Shown piece after piece: positions 1-10,419 of a stretch of 64,000 bases of DNA. The notes beneath the pieces were generated by a model. It saw only the letters and a program-made list of their open reading frames with translations, ran no database searches and was not told the origin of the DNA. Location of the stretch: NCBI GenBank assembly GCA_963422615.1, contig OY730414.1, positions 434,001-498,000 on the forward strand. Direction: 5' to 3'. The first letter of the stretch is position 1, and the number at the start of each line of letters is the position of its first letter. The position numbers and the translations under genes are program-made. The DNA comes from Longimicrobiales bacterium (lineage in GTDB: Bacteria; Gemmatimonadota; Gemmatimonadetes; Longimicrobiales; Gaopeijiaceae).

Positions 1-1824
1 CATGAAATCCGAGAGGACGATCTGCTGGCGGCGAATGTACACCTTCAGCCCGCATCCGTCTCCTCCGGGATCGTCAAAGAAGCGAACCGACTCCATGCGG
101 CCTCGGGACTTCATGGCTTCGAACTCCAGGATATCCCGGACTGCGACCTCAGGTTCGTTCGCGGCCTTGTACTCCGGTGCAAAGGCGCTCCCGTAGTGAG
201 CGGCAAGACGGCGTGACTCTTCCGGGGAACGGAAGGTGCCCAGTCGGGCCCGCACCTCATCCAGCCAAGACCGGGTCAGGCTCGTGACCGTCGCCTCAAG
301 CTCGGTGGCGTCGACATCGGCCATGCGCGCCCGGGGACCCCCCAGGAAGAAGTGAAGCCGGGCCTGATCTCCCTCACTCATGGCCAAGTGATAGTTCAGG
401 ATTTCGGCCTCGTACCGATCCATCAGCGCGGCTTCGAACTCCCTGCGGAAGCTGCCCGAGAAACGGCTACGCGGCATGACCACCATGATGGAGACCCCCC
501 TGCCAAGGGCGTCTCGGCGCACCGAGACGACGACCCCATCGGTGTTGTATCGGATCAGGATGGTGCGGATGTCCTTCGTGACCTCCGACTCCGACGCCAG
601 GAAGAGCTCTTCCTTGGGCAGGGAATCGAAGATCGTGATGATCTCCTTGTAGTCGTGGGATCCCTCCGCGACGGCGGCCCGCTCAAGCACGCTCGCCAGC
701 TTTTTCCGCAGGATGGGAATGCCCTGAGCCGGTTCCGAGTACGCCTGGGAGGTGAAGAGGCCCAGGAAACGGTGCTCTCCCACCACAGAACCATCGGATT
801 TCAGCTTCTTGATCCCGATGTAGTCCATTCGGGCTCGGCGGTGGACCGTGGATTCCGCGTTGGTCTTGCTAATGATCAGGAGGGGACCCGAAAGCGCCCG
901 TTCTCGCATTTCTTCGGGAAGCCGACTCAGGGGCACGGGCCGGGCGAAGGTGGAAGTTTCTTCCGTCTGGAGAATGCCCAAACCCGAGCCGGGGTCGACC
1001 CAGACGGCCCTTTCACCTCCCGGCTCGAGCTCGGCAAGGGTGTAGGACCGATACCCCAGAAACACGAAGGCGCCGTCCCGGAGCCAGCGCAGAAATGCCT
1101 GGATTTCGCGGAATTCTTCCCGTTGGCCCCGGACATCTCGGATTCGGAACCCCAACTCGGCAACCACATCGGCGATCTTGTCAACCATCAACCCGAAGTC
1201 TTCGGTCGCCTTCACCACATCCTCAAGGCGACGAGCCGTCTCTTCGCGCAGAAAAGCCAGGGTGGCACCGTCTCCGACTCTGGTCACTTCGGCGTAGACC
1301 ATGGACTCGGGGCGGATGTCCGGGTCCGAGGGGCGCAGGTCCCGAATCCGGCCGCCTTCATCCCGGTCCACGGTCATCAAGGGATACACGAAGTGCCCGA
1401 TTCGGAGCTCTCTGGACGAAAGGAATTCGCGGATCGTGTCGACGATGAAGGGCCGCTCGGAGACATTGGTCCGAACGACGGTGACCGGGGCGTAACCGCC
1501 TTCTCCTTTTTCGCCCGGGTTCAGAACTTCGACGTCAACCCGATCCGGCCGACTCCGGTCCAGGAACCGGAAGGAGTCCAGACACATCCGGGCAAGGGCA
1601 TCGGTGCTCCGTTCCTCCAAGAGGGCGACCGAGGCCTTCGCGAGGAAAAGCGGCACGAACTTCCTCACGCGTTCGTCATCCGACATGCCTCGAAGGGCGG
1701 ACAGTACGTCTTCGACCACCCCCCATCCCGCAGCAGATTCCCCGCCGGCCACACTCGAACGAGCACCCCGGGGCCCCACCGGACGGAGATGGTGCCGGGC
1801 GGGATCGGCGGTGGGTTCCTTCAT
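1..1824 (-). CDS. NAD-specific glutamate dehydrogenase, large GdhB type, 5' part (runs off the window's left edge)
   Basis: Not in the ORF track because there is no stop in the window. Manual translation of parts of the minus frame gives VVEDVLSALRGMSDDERVRKF near the start, YPLMTVDRDEGGRI, and LKVYIRRQQIVLSDFM at the edge, typical of large NAD-GDH. Most upstream in-frame ATG checked is at 1824; the true start is uncertain. Confidence 0.8.
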   Translation of the reverse strand, partial: MKEPTADPARHHLRPVGPRGARSSVAGGESAAGWGVVEDVLSALRGMSDDERVRKFVPLFLAKASVALLEERSTDALARMCLDSFRFLDRSRPDRVDVEVLNPGEKGEGGYAPVTVVRTNVSERPFIVDTIREFLSSRELRIGHFVYPLMTVDRDEGGRIRDLRPSDPDIRPESMVYAEVTRVGDGATLAFLREETARRLEDVVKATEDFGLMVDKIADVVAELGFRIRDVRGQREEFREIQAFLRWLRDGAFVFLGYRSYTLAELEPGGERAVWVDPGSGLGILQTEETSTFARPVPLSRLPEEMRERALSGPLLIISKTNAESTVHRRARMDYIGIKKLKSDGSVVGEHRFLGLFTSQAYSEPAQGIPILRKKLASVLERAAVAEGSHDYKEIITIFDSLPKEELFLASESEVTKDIRTILIRYNTDGVVVSVRRDALGRGVSIMVVMPRSRFSGSFRREFEAALMDRYEAEILNYHLAMSEGDQARLHFFLGGPRARMADVDATELEATVTSLTRSWLDEVRARLGTFRSPEESRRLAAHYGSAFAPEYKAANEPEVAVRDILEFEAMKSRGRMESVRFFDDPGGDGCGLKVYIRRQQIVLSDFM

Positions 1825-2228
1825 TCCGTTACGGAGCCTCGCCGCCCAAAGGCGAGGGCGCGCCCCGGGGAGCACCTGTATGGTGGCAGAGACGTTTCGT
1901 CTTGATGGAACCGGATCATTTGCGCAGGGTCAGCTCCGCACCGTGGGGTCATCCGGTCTCTGTGGGGCACTCAATCAATCCAAGCACCCTTGGGGGCACC
2001 CGGAAAAGTACGCCATGCGACGCGGTTCCGGCCAGCCCCTTGGGACCGACGGGCGGAAGCGACGGGGGCCGGTCCCTCCACTTCGGAGCCTGACTGCCAG
2101 GCCGCCCGTATGCGGGGTCTGCCGGGAAATGTGTCCCTGTGCAAGACCTCCCGACGGCAAGAAACCGCCGGAAGGCCCCTGGTTGCACCCCTAGGCGCTT
2201 GTGCGTGGAAGCGGAACCGGACCTTACG

Positions 2229-2262
2229 TGCCCCCGGTCCGTCACCCGGGGGCATTATCTTT
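2229..2262 (+). terminator. GC hairpin with T-rich tail upstream of the exonuclease gene (possible terminator or attenuator)
   Basis: TGCCCCCGG (2229-2237) pairs with CCGGGGGCA (2246-2254) around an 8-nt loop, followed by TTATCTTT. Confidence 0.3.
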
Positions 2263-2310
2263 GACGGTAGCTCTTGCACTCCTTTGACTCCCGCTTCCCA
2301 GAGCTTGTCG

Positions 2311-3564
2311 TTGCGCTTCATCCACATCGCGGATGTACACCTGGATACGGCTTTCGCGGGCCGATCGGACGACATGCGGGACCGTCTCCAGCGCGCTTCA
2401 CGGAAAGCGTTCGCCCGTTGTGCCGAAACCGCCGTCGCCGAACAGGTGGACGCGGTGCTGATCGCGGGAGATCTCTTTGATGGAAGTCGGCTCTCCTTCA
2501 AGACGGAGCGCTTCCTCATGGAGCACCTCGCAACGCTGGGGGAGGCGGGCATCCAGGTCATCTATGCCACAGGGAACCACGACCCGGGCCGGGGCATCCG
2601 CGCCGCCGATCTGGAATGGCCCGGAAACGTAACGGTGATCCCCAACGCCGAACCCCGGACGGTGCCCGTCACAGGGCGGACCGGGGAAAGGACAGGGTAC
2701 GTTGCCGGGGTGGGTCACGCCACGTCCCTGGAAGTTGAAGATCTTTCCCTGCGGTTGCGACCCCGCGCGGGCACCCGGCTCCCTCAGGCAGCAGTCCTGC
2801 ACACTCAGGTCATCCCGGCCACGGCAACGGCAGTCCACCGCCCGTACGCACCGTCGACAATCGGGCACTTGTGCGAAGCCGGCTTTCACTACTGGGCGCT
2901 GGGGCATGTCCATCTCCGGCAAGCGCTTTCGACCAGCCCTCCGGTCTACTACTCGGGGAACCTTCAGGGCCGAACGCCCGGGGAGACAGGGCCCAAGGGG
3001 GGATTGCTGGTGGACTTGCGGAACCCCGAGGCACCTGAGGTCGAATTTCGGGAGTTCGCTCCGATCCGTTGGGAAAAGCTGGAAATCTCAGCTCTGGGAG
3101 GCGTCCATACCCTGGAGCGGCTGGTTCGGTCCGTGGCCGACGCGTGGGAAAAGGCCCGGTCGGCCGACCCCGGCGGAACCCACACAGAGTGGATGCTGGT
3201 CGTGGACCTGACGGGCCCCTCCACCCTTTGGCGCGAAGTACGGAAACCGGAGGAGGTCGAGACCATCGAGGAAGAAATCGCCAATCGGCTGGGCATCTTG
3301 AGCGCCGAAGTGCGCACCGACAAAGTGTATCCCGAAGCGTCCACGGAAGACCACGCGAACCGCCCAGACGTCTTGGGCGCAATCTTGCGCCTCGCTCGGG
3401 AGGTCGCGGCGGGCACCGAAGACCTGGGACTGTCCGAGGAAGACTTCGCCGGCTTCGGCCGGGAACAGGACGGATCCATTGACGCCTATGTCCGGCGGCT
3501 GGCCGTGGGCAGTGGCGAAGAGATCTTGGCCAGAATGCTCGATCCCGAAGGAAGCGGGGCGTGA
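2311..3564 (+). CDS. DNA repair exonuclease, Mre11/SbcD-like metallophosphoesterase (YhaO family)
   Basis: Motifs HIADVHLD, AGDLFD, GNHD, LH, WALGHVH and YSGNLQGR. Likely TTG start at 2311 (LRFIHIAD). Confidence 0.88.
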   Translation: MRFIHIADVHLDTAFAGRSDDMRDRLQRASRKAFARCAETAVAEQVDAVLIAGDLFDGSRLSFKTERFLMEHLATLGEAGIQVIYATGNHDPGRGIRAADLEWPGNVTVIPNAEPRTVPVTGRTGERTGYVAGVGHATSLEVEDLSLRLRPRAGTRLPQAAVLHTQVIPATATAVHRPYAPSTIGHLCEAGFHYWALGHVHLRQALSTSPPVYYSGNLQGRTPGETGPKGGLLVDLRNPEAPEVEFREFAPIRWEKLEISALGGVHTLERLVRSVADAWEKARSADPGGTHTEWMLVVDLTGPSTLWREVRKPEEVETIEEEIANRLGILSAEVRTDKVYPEASTEDHANRPDVLGAILRLAREVAAGTEDLGLSEEDFAGFGREQDGSIDAYVRRLAVGSGEEILARMLDPEGSGA

Positions 3565-6374
3565 GGTTCGATTCCATTCGCATCTCCCGATACGGGTGTC
3601 TGGCAAACATGAGTACGCCGGAAGGGCCGTTGCCGTCCATTGTGGTGATTCTGGGGCCCAACGAGAGCGGAAAATCCACCTTCTTTTCCTTCCTGACCAC
3701 GCTCCTGTACGGATTCAGACCTGCAACCCGAAAGCATCATCCGCATACGCCCTGGTCCGGGGGAGACCCGGAGGGACGGGCCCGCATCCGCCTATCCGAA
3801 GGATCAACCCTGGAAGTCCATCGCCGACTTCTTTCTACCGCATGGGGTCGAGTCACGACCAACGGCCGCATCGAGGACATTAGGAACCGGCCCCTCCCCG
3901 TGGCGGACCACGTCTCCCGGGCTGCCTTCCGCCAGGTGTACGCGTTGACCCTGGCCGAGTTGACCGGCCTGAAAGGCGAGAGCTGGAATTTGGTCCAGGA
4001 CCGGGTGGTGAGCGCCATGGGGGTGACGGACCTGCGGCCTGCCCGAACCGTCGCAGCCGAGTTCAAGGACGACGCCAATCGGCTTTGGCGTCCCGACAAG
4101 CGGGGAAAGCCACAAGTCCGCGTCCTTTCGGCAGAGCTCGGGAAGCTCAATCAGCGGCGGCGGGAGACACTGGCGCTGGATCGGAAGTTGCGCGAACGGG
4201 TGCGGGAGCGAGAGACGGCGGAGAGGCGACTCGACGCGGTGCAGGAGGAGCGAAACCGGGAGCGGGACCACCAGGCGGTGCTGGCATACCGCATGAACCG
4301 GCTATTTCCCGTCAAGCGAACGCTTTCGCGCATCGGGGAGCTTCGGGCGCGCGCCGGTGCACGAGAAGCCCTGGACGCCCTGCCTTGGGATCCCCGAAGA
4401 CGGCTGGTCGAGTTACGTCGGCGCCACGAGAAGGCTCACGAGCGGATCAACGGCCTTGACCGGGCAGCGACCGCCTCCAGGGAGGCAATCCAAGACTACG
4501 AACGCTTTTACCGGCACGTAGCCGACGCGGAAGTCGGGATTCGGCACTTCGCCGACCGAATCGCCGGCCTGGAGGCGTTGGAGCGCGAAGCCGAGGCAGC
4601 CGAACAGGAGACCGTAAAGCGGGCGCGGCGGTGCAACGAACTGGGCCAACTTCTTTTTTCCAGTCCGTGGGAGGACGTTGGCGTCAATGAACTCCAAAAC
4701 GTGCCCACCGAGGAACTCCGGGATCGGGTGCGGCATTTCGAGGGGCGCAGGGGAAAGCGCCGAATCGCCGAGGAATCCCTTCGCAGCCGCCTTGCCGAAC
4801 TTCCCGAAATCGCCCTTCCAGGGCGGAGCCGTCTTGTGCTGGGGCTCGGGGCGGTAACCCTCGGGTTCGCGCTGGCGGCGGGGCTGCTTCTTCCCGGTCA
4901 GATCCCGCCTCCATGGCTTCCCCCTTTTTTCGGCAGGGGCACCCTCGTGACCTCTTCCCTCTCGGTCGCACTCACCGGCGGCGTTCTCTTGACCCTGTAC
5001 CGGAACGCGGTCCGGCGGGCCCGGAAGCGCGCGAAGTCGGCAGCCGCCGCCCAGCGCCGGGAGCGTGAACGGATCGCAGCTCTGAAGTCCCACGAGGAAG
5101 AGGCCAGGAACCGCGTCGCAGAGCTCGTCCAGGCGCTCCCTGTGAACCCCGAGCGGCTGGCGGCTCCCGATTACGACCTTCCCGCCGCCATCAAGCGCAT
5201 GGGAGAGCTGTTGACAGACCGGGACGAAGGCGACCGGAAACTGCGGAACCGACGGAGGAAACTGGAGGTAGCCCGGCAGGAAATCCGCGACCTCCGAGCG
5301 TCGACAGCGGCTCCTCCGGACAGCCCGGCGAGGGACGAGCCAAACCCCCAGGATGGCCTGGCGCGCCCCGACGAATCCCGGGCAGAAGCCGCTGCCATGA
5401 TTCGTTCCCTGGAAGCGGCCCTCCGGGCTCGAGAGGAGGCAGACCACGCCCGGCGGCACCTCACACGAATCGACGGGGAGAAGGCGGAGGCAGGGAGGGA
5501 GAAAGCTGCGGCTGCCGTCCAGCTTCGCGAACTTGAGAAGCGTTTGGAGGACTTTGGCGGGGACAACCCGGATAAGGGCGCCGAGGTGGCCGCCAAGCGC
5601 ATCGAGGCGGGGAGGAGAGCGGACCAGCTGGAGGCAGAGCTGACCCGGGAAATCCCCGACCTGGGCGAGGTAGTCGAGGAGATCCGGTTGGCTGAGGCGG
5701 ACGGGGTGCAGTGGAGCGCCCTCAAGGAAGCCCTGGGCGCGGCGGCCGTACGCCGGGAAGCCTTGGCGGACCGGACCGGGAAGTTACAGGAAGCCATCGG
5801 ACGGCTCATGACAGAGATTGGGCACCTTCGGGAGGGAGAAACAACCGACCGGATCGACGGGCGGATCGGGATGGTGAAGGCGCAGATCCGGGAAGCGGAG
5901 GTCAAACGGGATCGAGCGTTTCTCCTGGCTCGCTTGGTTCGAGAGGCGGACCGCCGTTTCAGGGACGACAACCAGTCCGATCTGCTCCTGCGTGCGAGCG
6001 GACACTTCCGTCACATCACGGGTGGTCGGTACGACAGGATCGAGCCGGGCGACACCGGCGACGACTCCTTCTACATCCAGGGACCTGCCAGTTCCCGGCC
6101 GAGACGGGTGGGAGAGCTCTTCTCTCAAGGCACCAAGGAGCAGGTGTACCTAGCCCTCCGGCTGGCCATCATCGACCACTTGGACGCCGGAAACGAGCCG
6201 CTTCCGTTGTTCATGGATGAGGCCCTCGTCAACTGGGACGCGCAACGCCGGGGCCGTGCCTTCGGGCTTTTGGAGCGGGTGTCGAAGGATCGCCAAGTCT
6301 TCTTCTTCACCTGCCATCCGGCCATGGCGGCGGAAATGGAAGACCGGGGGGGCACGATCGTCCCGCTGGGTTAG
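3561..6374 (+). CDS. SMC/Rad50-like AAA ATPase (YhaN/SbcE family) with a central hydrophobic hairpin
   Basis: Walker A GPNESGKS, long coiled coils, signature FSQGTKEQ, Walker B PLFMDEALVNWD and H-loop FTCH. GTGA overlap with the exonuclease gene. Confidence 0.88.
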   Translation: MRFDSIRISRYGCLANMSTPEGPLPSIVVILGPNESGKSTFFSFLTTLLYGFRPATRKHHPHTPWSGGDPEGRARIRLSEGSTLEVHRRLLSTAWGRVTTNGRIEDIRNRPLPVADHVSRAAFRQVYALTLAELTGLKGESWNLVQDRVVSAMGVTDLRPARTVAAEFKDDANRLWRPDKRGKPQVRVLSAELGKLNQRRRETLALDRKLRERVRERETAERRLDAVQEERNRERDHQAVLAYRMNRLFPVKRTLSRIGELRARAGAREALDALPWDPRRRLVELRRRHEKAHERINGLDRAATASREAIQDYERFYRHVADAEVGIRHFADRIAGLEALEREAEAAEQETVKRARRCNELGQLLFSSPWEDVGVNELQNVPTEELRDRVRHFEGRRGKRRIAEESLRSRLAELPEIALPGRSRLVLGLGAVTLGFALAAGLLLPGQIPPPWLPPFFGRGTLVTSSLSVALTGGVLLTLYRNAVRRARKRAKSAAAAQRRERERIAALKSHEEEARNRVAELVQALPVNPERLAAPDYDLPAAIKRMGELLTDRDEGDRKLRNRRRKLEVARQEIRDLRASTAAPPDSPARDEPNPQDGLARPDESRAEAAAMIRSLEAALRAREEADHARRHLTRIDGEKAEAGREKAAAAVQLRELEKRLEDFGGDNPDKGAEVAAKRIEAGRRADQLEAELTREIPDLGEVVEEIRLAEADGVQWSALKEALGAAAVRREALADRTGKLQEAIGRLMTEIGHLREGETTDRIDGRIGMVKAQIREAEVKRDRAFLLARLVREADRRFRDDNQSDLLLRASGHFRHITGGRYDRIEPGDTGDDSFYIQGPASSRPRRVGELFSQGTKEQVYLALRLAIIDHLDAGNEPLPLFMDEALVNWDAQRRGRAFGLLERVSKDRQVFFFTCHPAMAAEMEDRGGTIVPLG

Positions 6375-6522
6375 AGATGAGCCGTAGCGACGAGCCCGGC
6401 GCTTCCTCCCGAAGGGACCCGCGGTTGCAGCTGCAAAGGTCCATCTCCTGACGTGCCCCAGGGACCCGAAAACGAATGACCTGAAGGGAAGGCTGGTCCC
6501 GGACGCCACTTGGACAAGAGGC

Positions 6523-6732
6523 TCACCCATCCCCTGTCCCCGCGGGATTTTCGACAGCCGCCGGCGCCTCGAACCCCGGACAGTAAACCACCGGTAGCCG
6601 CGGATACTTGGGGTAGGCCGGCTCTGCTTGATGACGTTCGCAGAGATAGAACACAGAGTCCCGCCGAGTTTCCACTCTTCGCACCCACGAGCATCGACGG
6701 CAAAGCCCGACCCGGTCCCCTTCATCCAGCAC
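6523..6732 (-). CDS. Small Cys-rich hypothetical protein, putative metal-binding
   Basis: C-x2-C-x16-C-x19-C spacing with YPKYPRLPV. Overlaps the pgeF stop, suggesting translational coupling. Confidence 0.65.
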   Translation of the reverse strand: MLDEGDRVGLCRRCSWVRRVETRRDSVFYLCERHQAEPAYPKYPRLPVVYCPGFEAPAAVENPAGTGDG

Positions 6733-7444
6733 CGGCGAGGATCCCCATGAAGGCGAAGTGGCGCCCCCTGTCCCCGCGCCGGTGGGAGAAGTACCGCTTA
6801 CCGCCGCACAGGGTACATTCAGGGCTCACGGACACCCGATTCCGTTCGACTCCTGAATCCACCACCCTCTGGCAGACCACGCGCCGGAGGTCGAGAAGCG
6901 CGGGTCCCCGGGGAGTCGACTCCCCCACGGCGGCAAAGACCTCCGGGCCCACTTCGTAACAGCTCCCGCAAATGGCCGGACCCAAGTGGACGAAGAGGTC
7001 TCCGGGAGTGCTCCGGAAGGCCCGCTCCAGAACGGCGACGCCCGATTCGACCACCCCCGCCGCCGTTCCCCGCCAGCCCGCGTGGAGCAGAGCGACGACC
7101 TTCCGTTCCGGATCCACGACGAAGACCGGCACGCAGTCGGCGAGAGACACCGCGAGAAGGAGATCCGTCGCCCGGGTCGCGTGTCCGTCTCCGTCGCCAA
7201 CGAGAACCTCGCCTCGGGGAACGTCCGTATGGACCAAGATCCGCGAACCGTGAACCTGCCGACTCCTGACGACCGACCGCCATCGGCGGACGTCCAACCG
7301 ACCGGCCAGACCCCCTTGCCGGACCGAAGGGTCGGGAGGGCGCCGGGTCGTACCGGCCCGGAGCCAGGGGAAGCGGTTTCGCCACCCGGGCACGGGCGTA
7401 ATGATGGAATACGGGGGCACCATCAATCCCTTCTCCACCGCCAA
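6722..7444 (-). CDS. pgeF: PgeF/YfiH (laccase-domain, purine nucleoside phosphorylase) family protein
   Basis: Motifs QVHG, ADCVPV, HAGWRG, GPAICGSCYEVG and YFSHRR. Confidence 0.88.
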   Translation of the reverse strand: MAVEKGLMVPPYSIITPVPGWRNRFPWLRAGTTRRPPDPSVRQGGLAGRLDVRRWRSVVRSRQVHGSRILVHTDVPRGEVLVGDGDGHATRATDLLLAVSLADCVPVFVVDPERKVVALLHAGWRGTAAGVVESGVAVLERAFRSTPGDLFVHLGPAICGSCYEVGPEVFAAVGESTPRGPALLDLRRVVCQRVVDSGVERNRVSVSPECTLCGGKRYFSHRRGDRGRHFAFMGILAGAG

Positions 7445-7468
7445 GCATACGGATTAGTTTCGATCATC

Positions 7469-10339
7469 ATGAATGAAGAATACTTCGACAGTCTGAACGC
7501 GGCCTATGTGCAGGCCCTTTACGATGAATTCCTACGGAATCCGGAGGCCGTCGGGGAAGAGTGGCGGGATCTCTTTCGGAAGCGAAAACAAAAACCACCG
7601 CGGCGACAGGCGGAGTCTCCCCCTGCGGCGATACCGGCTGTCGCCCCCCCTCCCGACCGAACCGACGCCGGCGACGTCGTCATCCCCCCCGAGCCGACGG
7701 CCGACACCGGGACCCCCCAGCCGCCTTTGGAGGACACCCGGCTGGCCACGCTGCTTCCCCTCGTAGCCCGGGCGGCAAATCTCCTCCAGGCGTTTCGAGA
7801 GCACGGCCATCAAGCCGCCCGCATTGATCCCCTGGGCAGCGAGCCACCCGGGCATCCCCAGCTTGACCCGGCCTACTTCGGCACGACCATGGAAGAGCTG
7901 GAAGCGGTTCCCACATCGGTCCTCTTCCCCGAAGGCGGCGATGACCCGCTTGCCTCCACGCTGAAACGGCTGGAGGCCACCTACAGCGGCGCCATCGGAT
8001 ACGAATTCGAACACTTGGAGGACCCCAAGAAGGTCGAATGGCTCTGGGAGCAGGTCGAGAAGGGCATCCACTTTGCCGCCTTCACCGACAAGGACAGGGT
8101 GTGGACCCTGGACCGGCTGACCCGCGTAGAGGGACTGGAGCAGTTCCTCCACCGGTCGTACTTGGGGCAGAAGCGGTTCTCAATCGAGGGTACCGACATG
8201 CTGGTGCCCATGCTGGACGAAGCCATAGAGCAGGCGGCCGCGGACGGCGCGACGGACGTCGTCATCGGGATGGCCCACCGAGGACGGCTGAACGTCCTTG
8301 CTCACATCCTCGAGGTTTCCTACGAGGAGATCCTGGGGGAATTCGAAGGCCGGACCGCTCCCGGCAGCGCCCTCTGGGTCCCCGATCCGGGTACGGGTGA
8401 CGTCAAGTACCACCATGGAGCCACGGCCGACTATCCCCTTCGCACCGGGGGCACCGTTCGCGTCACGCTCGCCCCCAATCCGAGTCATCTGGAATACGTC
8501 AACCCGGTGATTCTGGGCATGGCCCGGGTTCAACAGTACGAGAACGTCAACGGAAGCACCGAGCGGAACCCGGCCCGAGTCGTACCCGTTCTCATTCACG
8601 GCGACGCGGCCTTCGCCGCCGAGGGCGTTGTGGCCGAGACCCTGAACCTGGCCCGCCTCCGGGGCTACGAGGTCGGGGGAACGGTCCACATCATCGCCAA
8701 CAATCAGGTGGGCTTTACCACCGATCCCCGGGACGGACGTTCCACCCGGTACTCCAGTGACCTGGCGAAGGGCTACGATATTCCCGTAATCCACGCCAAC
8801 GGAGACGCCCCCGAAGAGTGCCTTGCTGCCGTTCGCCTGGCCATGGCGTACAGGACCAGATTCCACGACGATTTCGTCATCGATCTGGTGGGGTACCGGC
8901 GCCACGGACACAACGAAGGAGACGAGCCGGCGTACACGCAGCCGGAGCTTTACGCCAGGATCGACAACCACCCGACAGTGCGGACCCGCTGGGCCGAGAG
9001 CCTGGTATCGCGGGGTGTGGTTACGGCGGCGGAAGCAGAGGACGGGGTCAAGGCCCTGTCCGCAGTACTGCGCGAAATCCAGGACCTTCGGCGGAAGGCC
9101 CTGAAGGGGGAGGCCGCCATGCCCTGGACTCACCCGGACTTTGAGGCCGTAGGGCAGGATCTGGACCCTCACACCCTGGTTTCGTTCGACCGGCTGGAAA
9201 GCATCAACCGGAAGCTGCTCGACTTCCCTTCCGGCTTCACCGTCCACCCCAAGCTGCTCCGCCAGCTGGCCAAGCGGGAGAAGGACTTCCGACCCGGCTT
9301 CCTTCTGAACTGGGGACACGCGGAGGCGCTGGGTGTCGCTTCCCTGCTGGAGGACGGGGTCCCGGTGCGCCTGTCGGGGCAGGACTCGGAGCGGGGCACC
9401 TTCAGCCACCGCCACTTCGTGCTTCACGACGCGAAGACCGGCGCCACCCACAGTCCCCTTTCCCGCGTAAGCGACACGCGCTTCGAAGTCTACAACTCTC
9501 CGCTCACCGAAGCCGCCGTGATCGGTTTCGAGTACGGCGTCGGGGTGGCCGCCGACCGGGATCTCGTAATGTGGGAAGCCCAGTTCGGAGACTTCGTAAA
9601 CGTGGCCCAGGTCATGATCGACCAGTTCCTCTCGGCCGGATGGTCGAAGTGGGGCCAGCGGTCCCGCCTCACGCTGCTCCTTCCCCACGGCTACGAGGGT
9701 CAGGGGCCGGAGCACTCCAGCGCCCGCCTGGAACGCTTCCTTCAGCTCTGCGCCGAAGACAACCTGCGCGTGGTGTACCCTACAACCCCGGCCCAGCTCT
9801 TTCACCTTCTTCGGGTTCAGGCGTTCAGCGAACCCGAGCGGCCCCTGATCGTCATGTCGCCCAAGAGCCTCCTGCGACATCCCAAAGCCATGTCGCCGGT
9901 ACGGGACTTGACCGACGGCCGCTTCGAGCGGGTGATCGACGACCCGGAGGTGGGGGGAAGGCAGGACGCTGCGCGGATCCGCCGCCTGATTCTTTGCAGC
10001 GGGAAGGTGTATTACGACTTGGTGGAGTCCGATCTTCGGGCCCGGGCCGACACGACCGTAATCGCTCGGATGGAAGTCCTCTACCCCTTCCCCGACGACG
10101 AGATTCGGGCCCTGGACGATCGCTATCCTCACATCGAAACGGTCGTCTGGGTCCAGGAAGAACCCGAAAACATGGGGGCCCTTTCCTACATTCGGCCGCG
10201 TCTGCGCGCTGCCCTTCCCGGCAACCCCGAACTTCAGTGCGTGTCCCGGCCCGAACGGGCCAGCCCTGCGGAGGGAAACTCCCAAGATCACGCTCTGGAG
10301 CAGCGCCGAATCGTGAGGAAGGCACTGGGGGGTGAATGA
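7469..10339 (+). CDS. sucA: 2-oxoglutarate dehydrogenase E1 component
   Basis: Motifs GQKRFSIEG, GMAHRGRLN, GDVKYH, HGDAAF, GQDSERGTFSHRH, WEAQFGDF and PHGYEGQGPEHSS. ATG at 7469 (MNEEYFDSLNAAYV). Confidence 0.95.
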   Translation: MNEEYFDSLNAAYVQALYDEFLRNPEAVGEEWRDLFRKRKQKPPRRQAESPPAAIPAVAPPPDRTDAGDVVIPPEPTADTGTPQPPLEDTRLATLLPLVARAANLLQAFREHGHQAARIDPLGSEPPGHPQLDPAYFGTTMEELEAVPTSVLFPEGGDDPLASTLKRLEATYSGAIGYEFEHLEDPKKVEWLWEQVEKGIHFAAFTDKDRVWTLDRLTRVEGLEQFLHRSYLGQKRFSIEGTDMLVPMLDEAIEQAAADGATDVVIGMAHRGRLNVLAHILEVSYEEILGEFEGRTAPGSALWVPDPGTGDVKYHHGATADYPLRTGGTVRVTLAPNPSHLEYVNPVILGMARVQQYENVNGSTERNPARVVPVLIHGDAAFAAEGVVAETLNLARLRGYEVGGTVHIIANNQVGFTTDPRDGRSTRYSSDLAKGYDIPVIHANGDAPEECLAAVRLAMAYRTRFHDDFVIDLVGYRRHGHNEGDEPAYTQPELYARIDNHPTVRTRWAESLVSRGVVTAAEAEDGVKALSAVLREIQDLRRKALKGEAAMPWTHPDFEAVGQDLDPHTLVSFDRLESINRKLLDFPSGFTVHPKLLRQLAKREKDFRPGFLLNWGHAEALGVASLLEDGVPVRLSGQDSERGTFSHRHFVLHDAKTGATHSPLSRVSDTRFEVYNSPLTEAAVIGFEYGVGVAADRDLVMWEAQFGDFVNVAQVMIDQFLSAGWSKWGQRSRLTLLLPHGYEGQGPEHSSARLERFLQLCAEDNLRVVYPTTPAQLFHLLRVQAFSEPERPLIVMSPKSLLRHPKAMSPVRDLTDGRFERVIDDPEVGGRQDAARIRRLILCSGKVYYDLVESDLRARADTTVIARMEVLYPFPDDEIRALDDRYPHIETVVWVQEEPENMGALSYIRPRLRAALPGNPELQCVSRPERASPAEGNSQDHALEQRRIVRKALGGE

Positions 10340-10419
10340 AGTTCGCCGGACTCCCAGATCCGGGGATTCCTAGGAATGCCCATGCCTTGACGGCAGGGTT
10401 CGGCGGCGCACCATACCGA

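Noticed and set aside
352..1905. 517-aa plus-strand ORF
   Set aside because: Codon-register antisense shadow of the minus-strand NAD-glutamate dehydrogenase; no family motifs.
1825..2310. About 480-bp divergent intergenic region as a possible riboswitch or ncRNA
   Set aside because: No recognisable Rfam-type motif by eye beyond one hairpin; an Infernal search would be needed.
8180..10291. 703-aa minus-strand ORF
   Set aside because: Antisense shadow of sucA, expected from high-GC codon bias.
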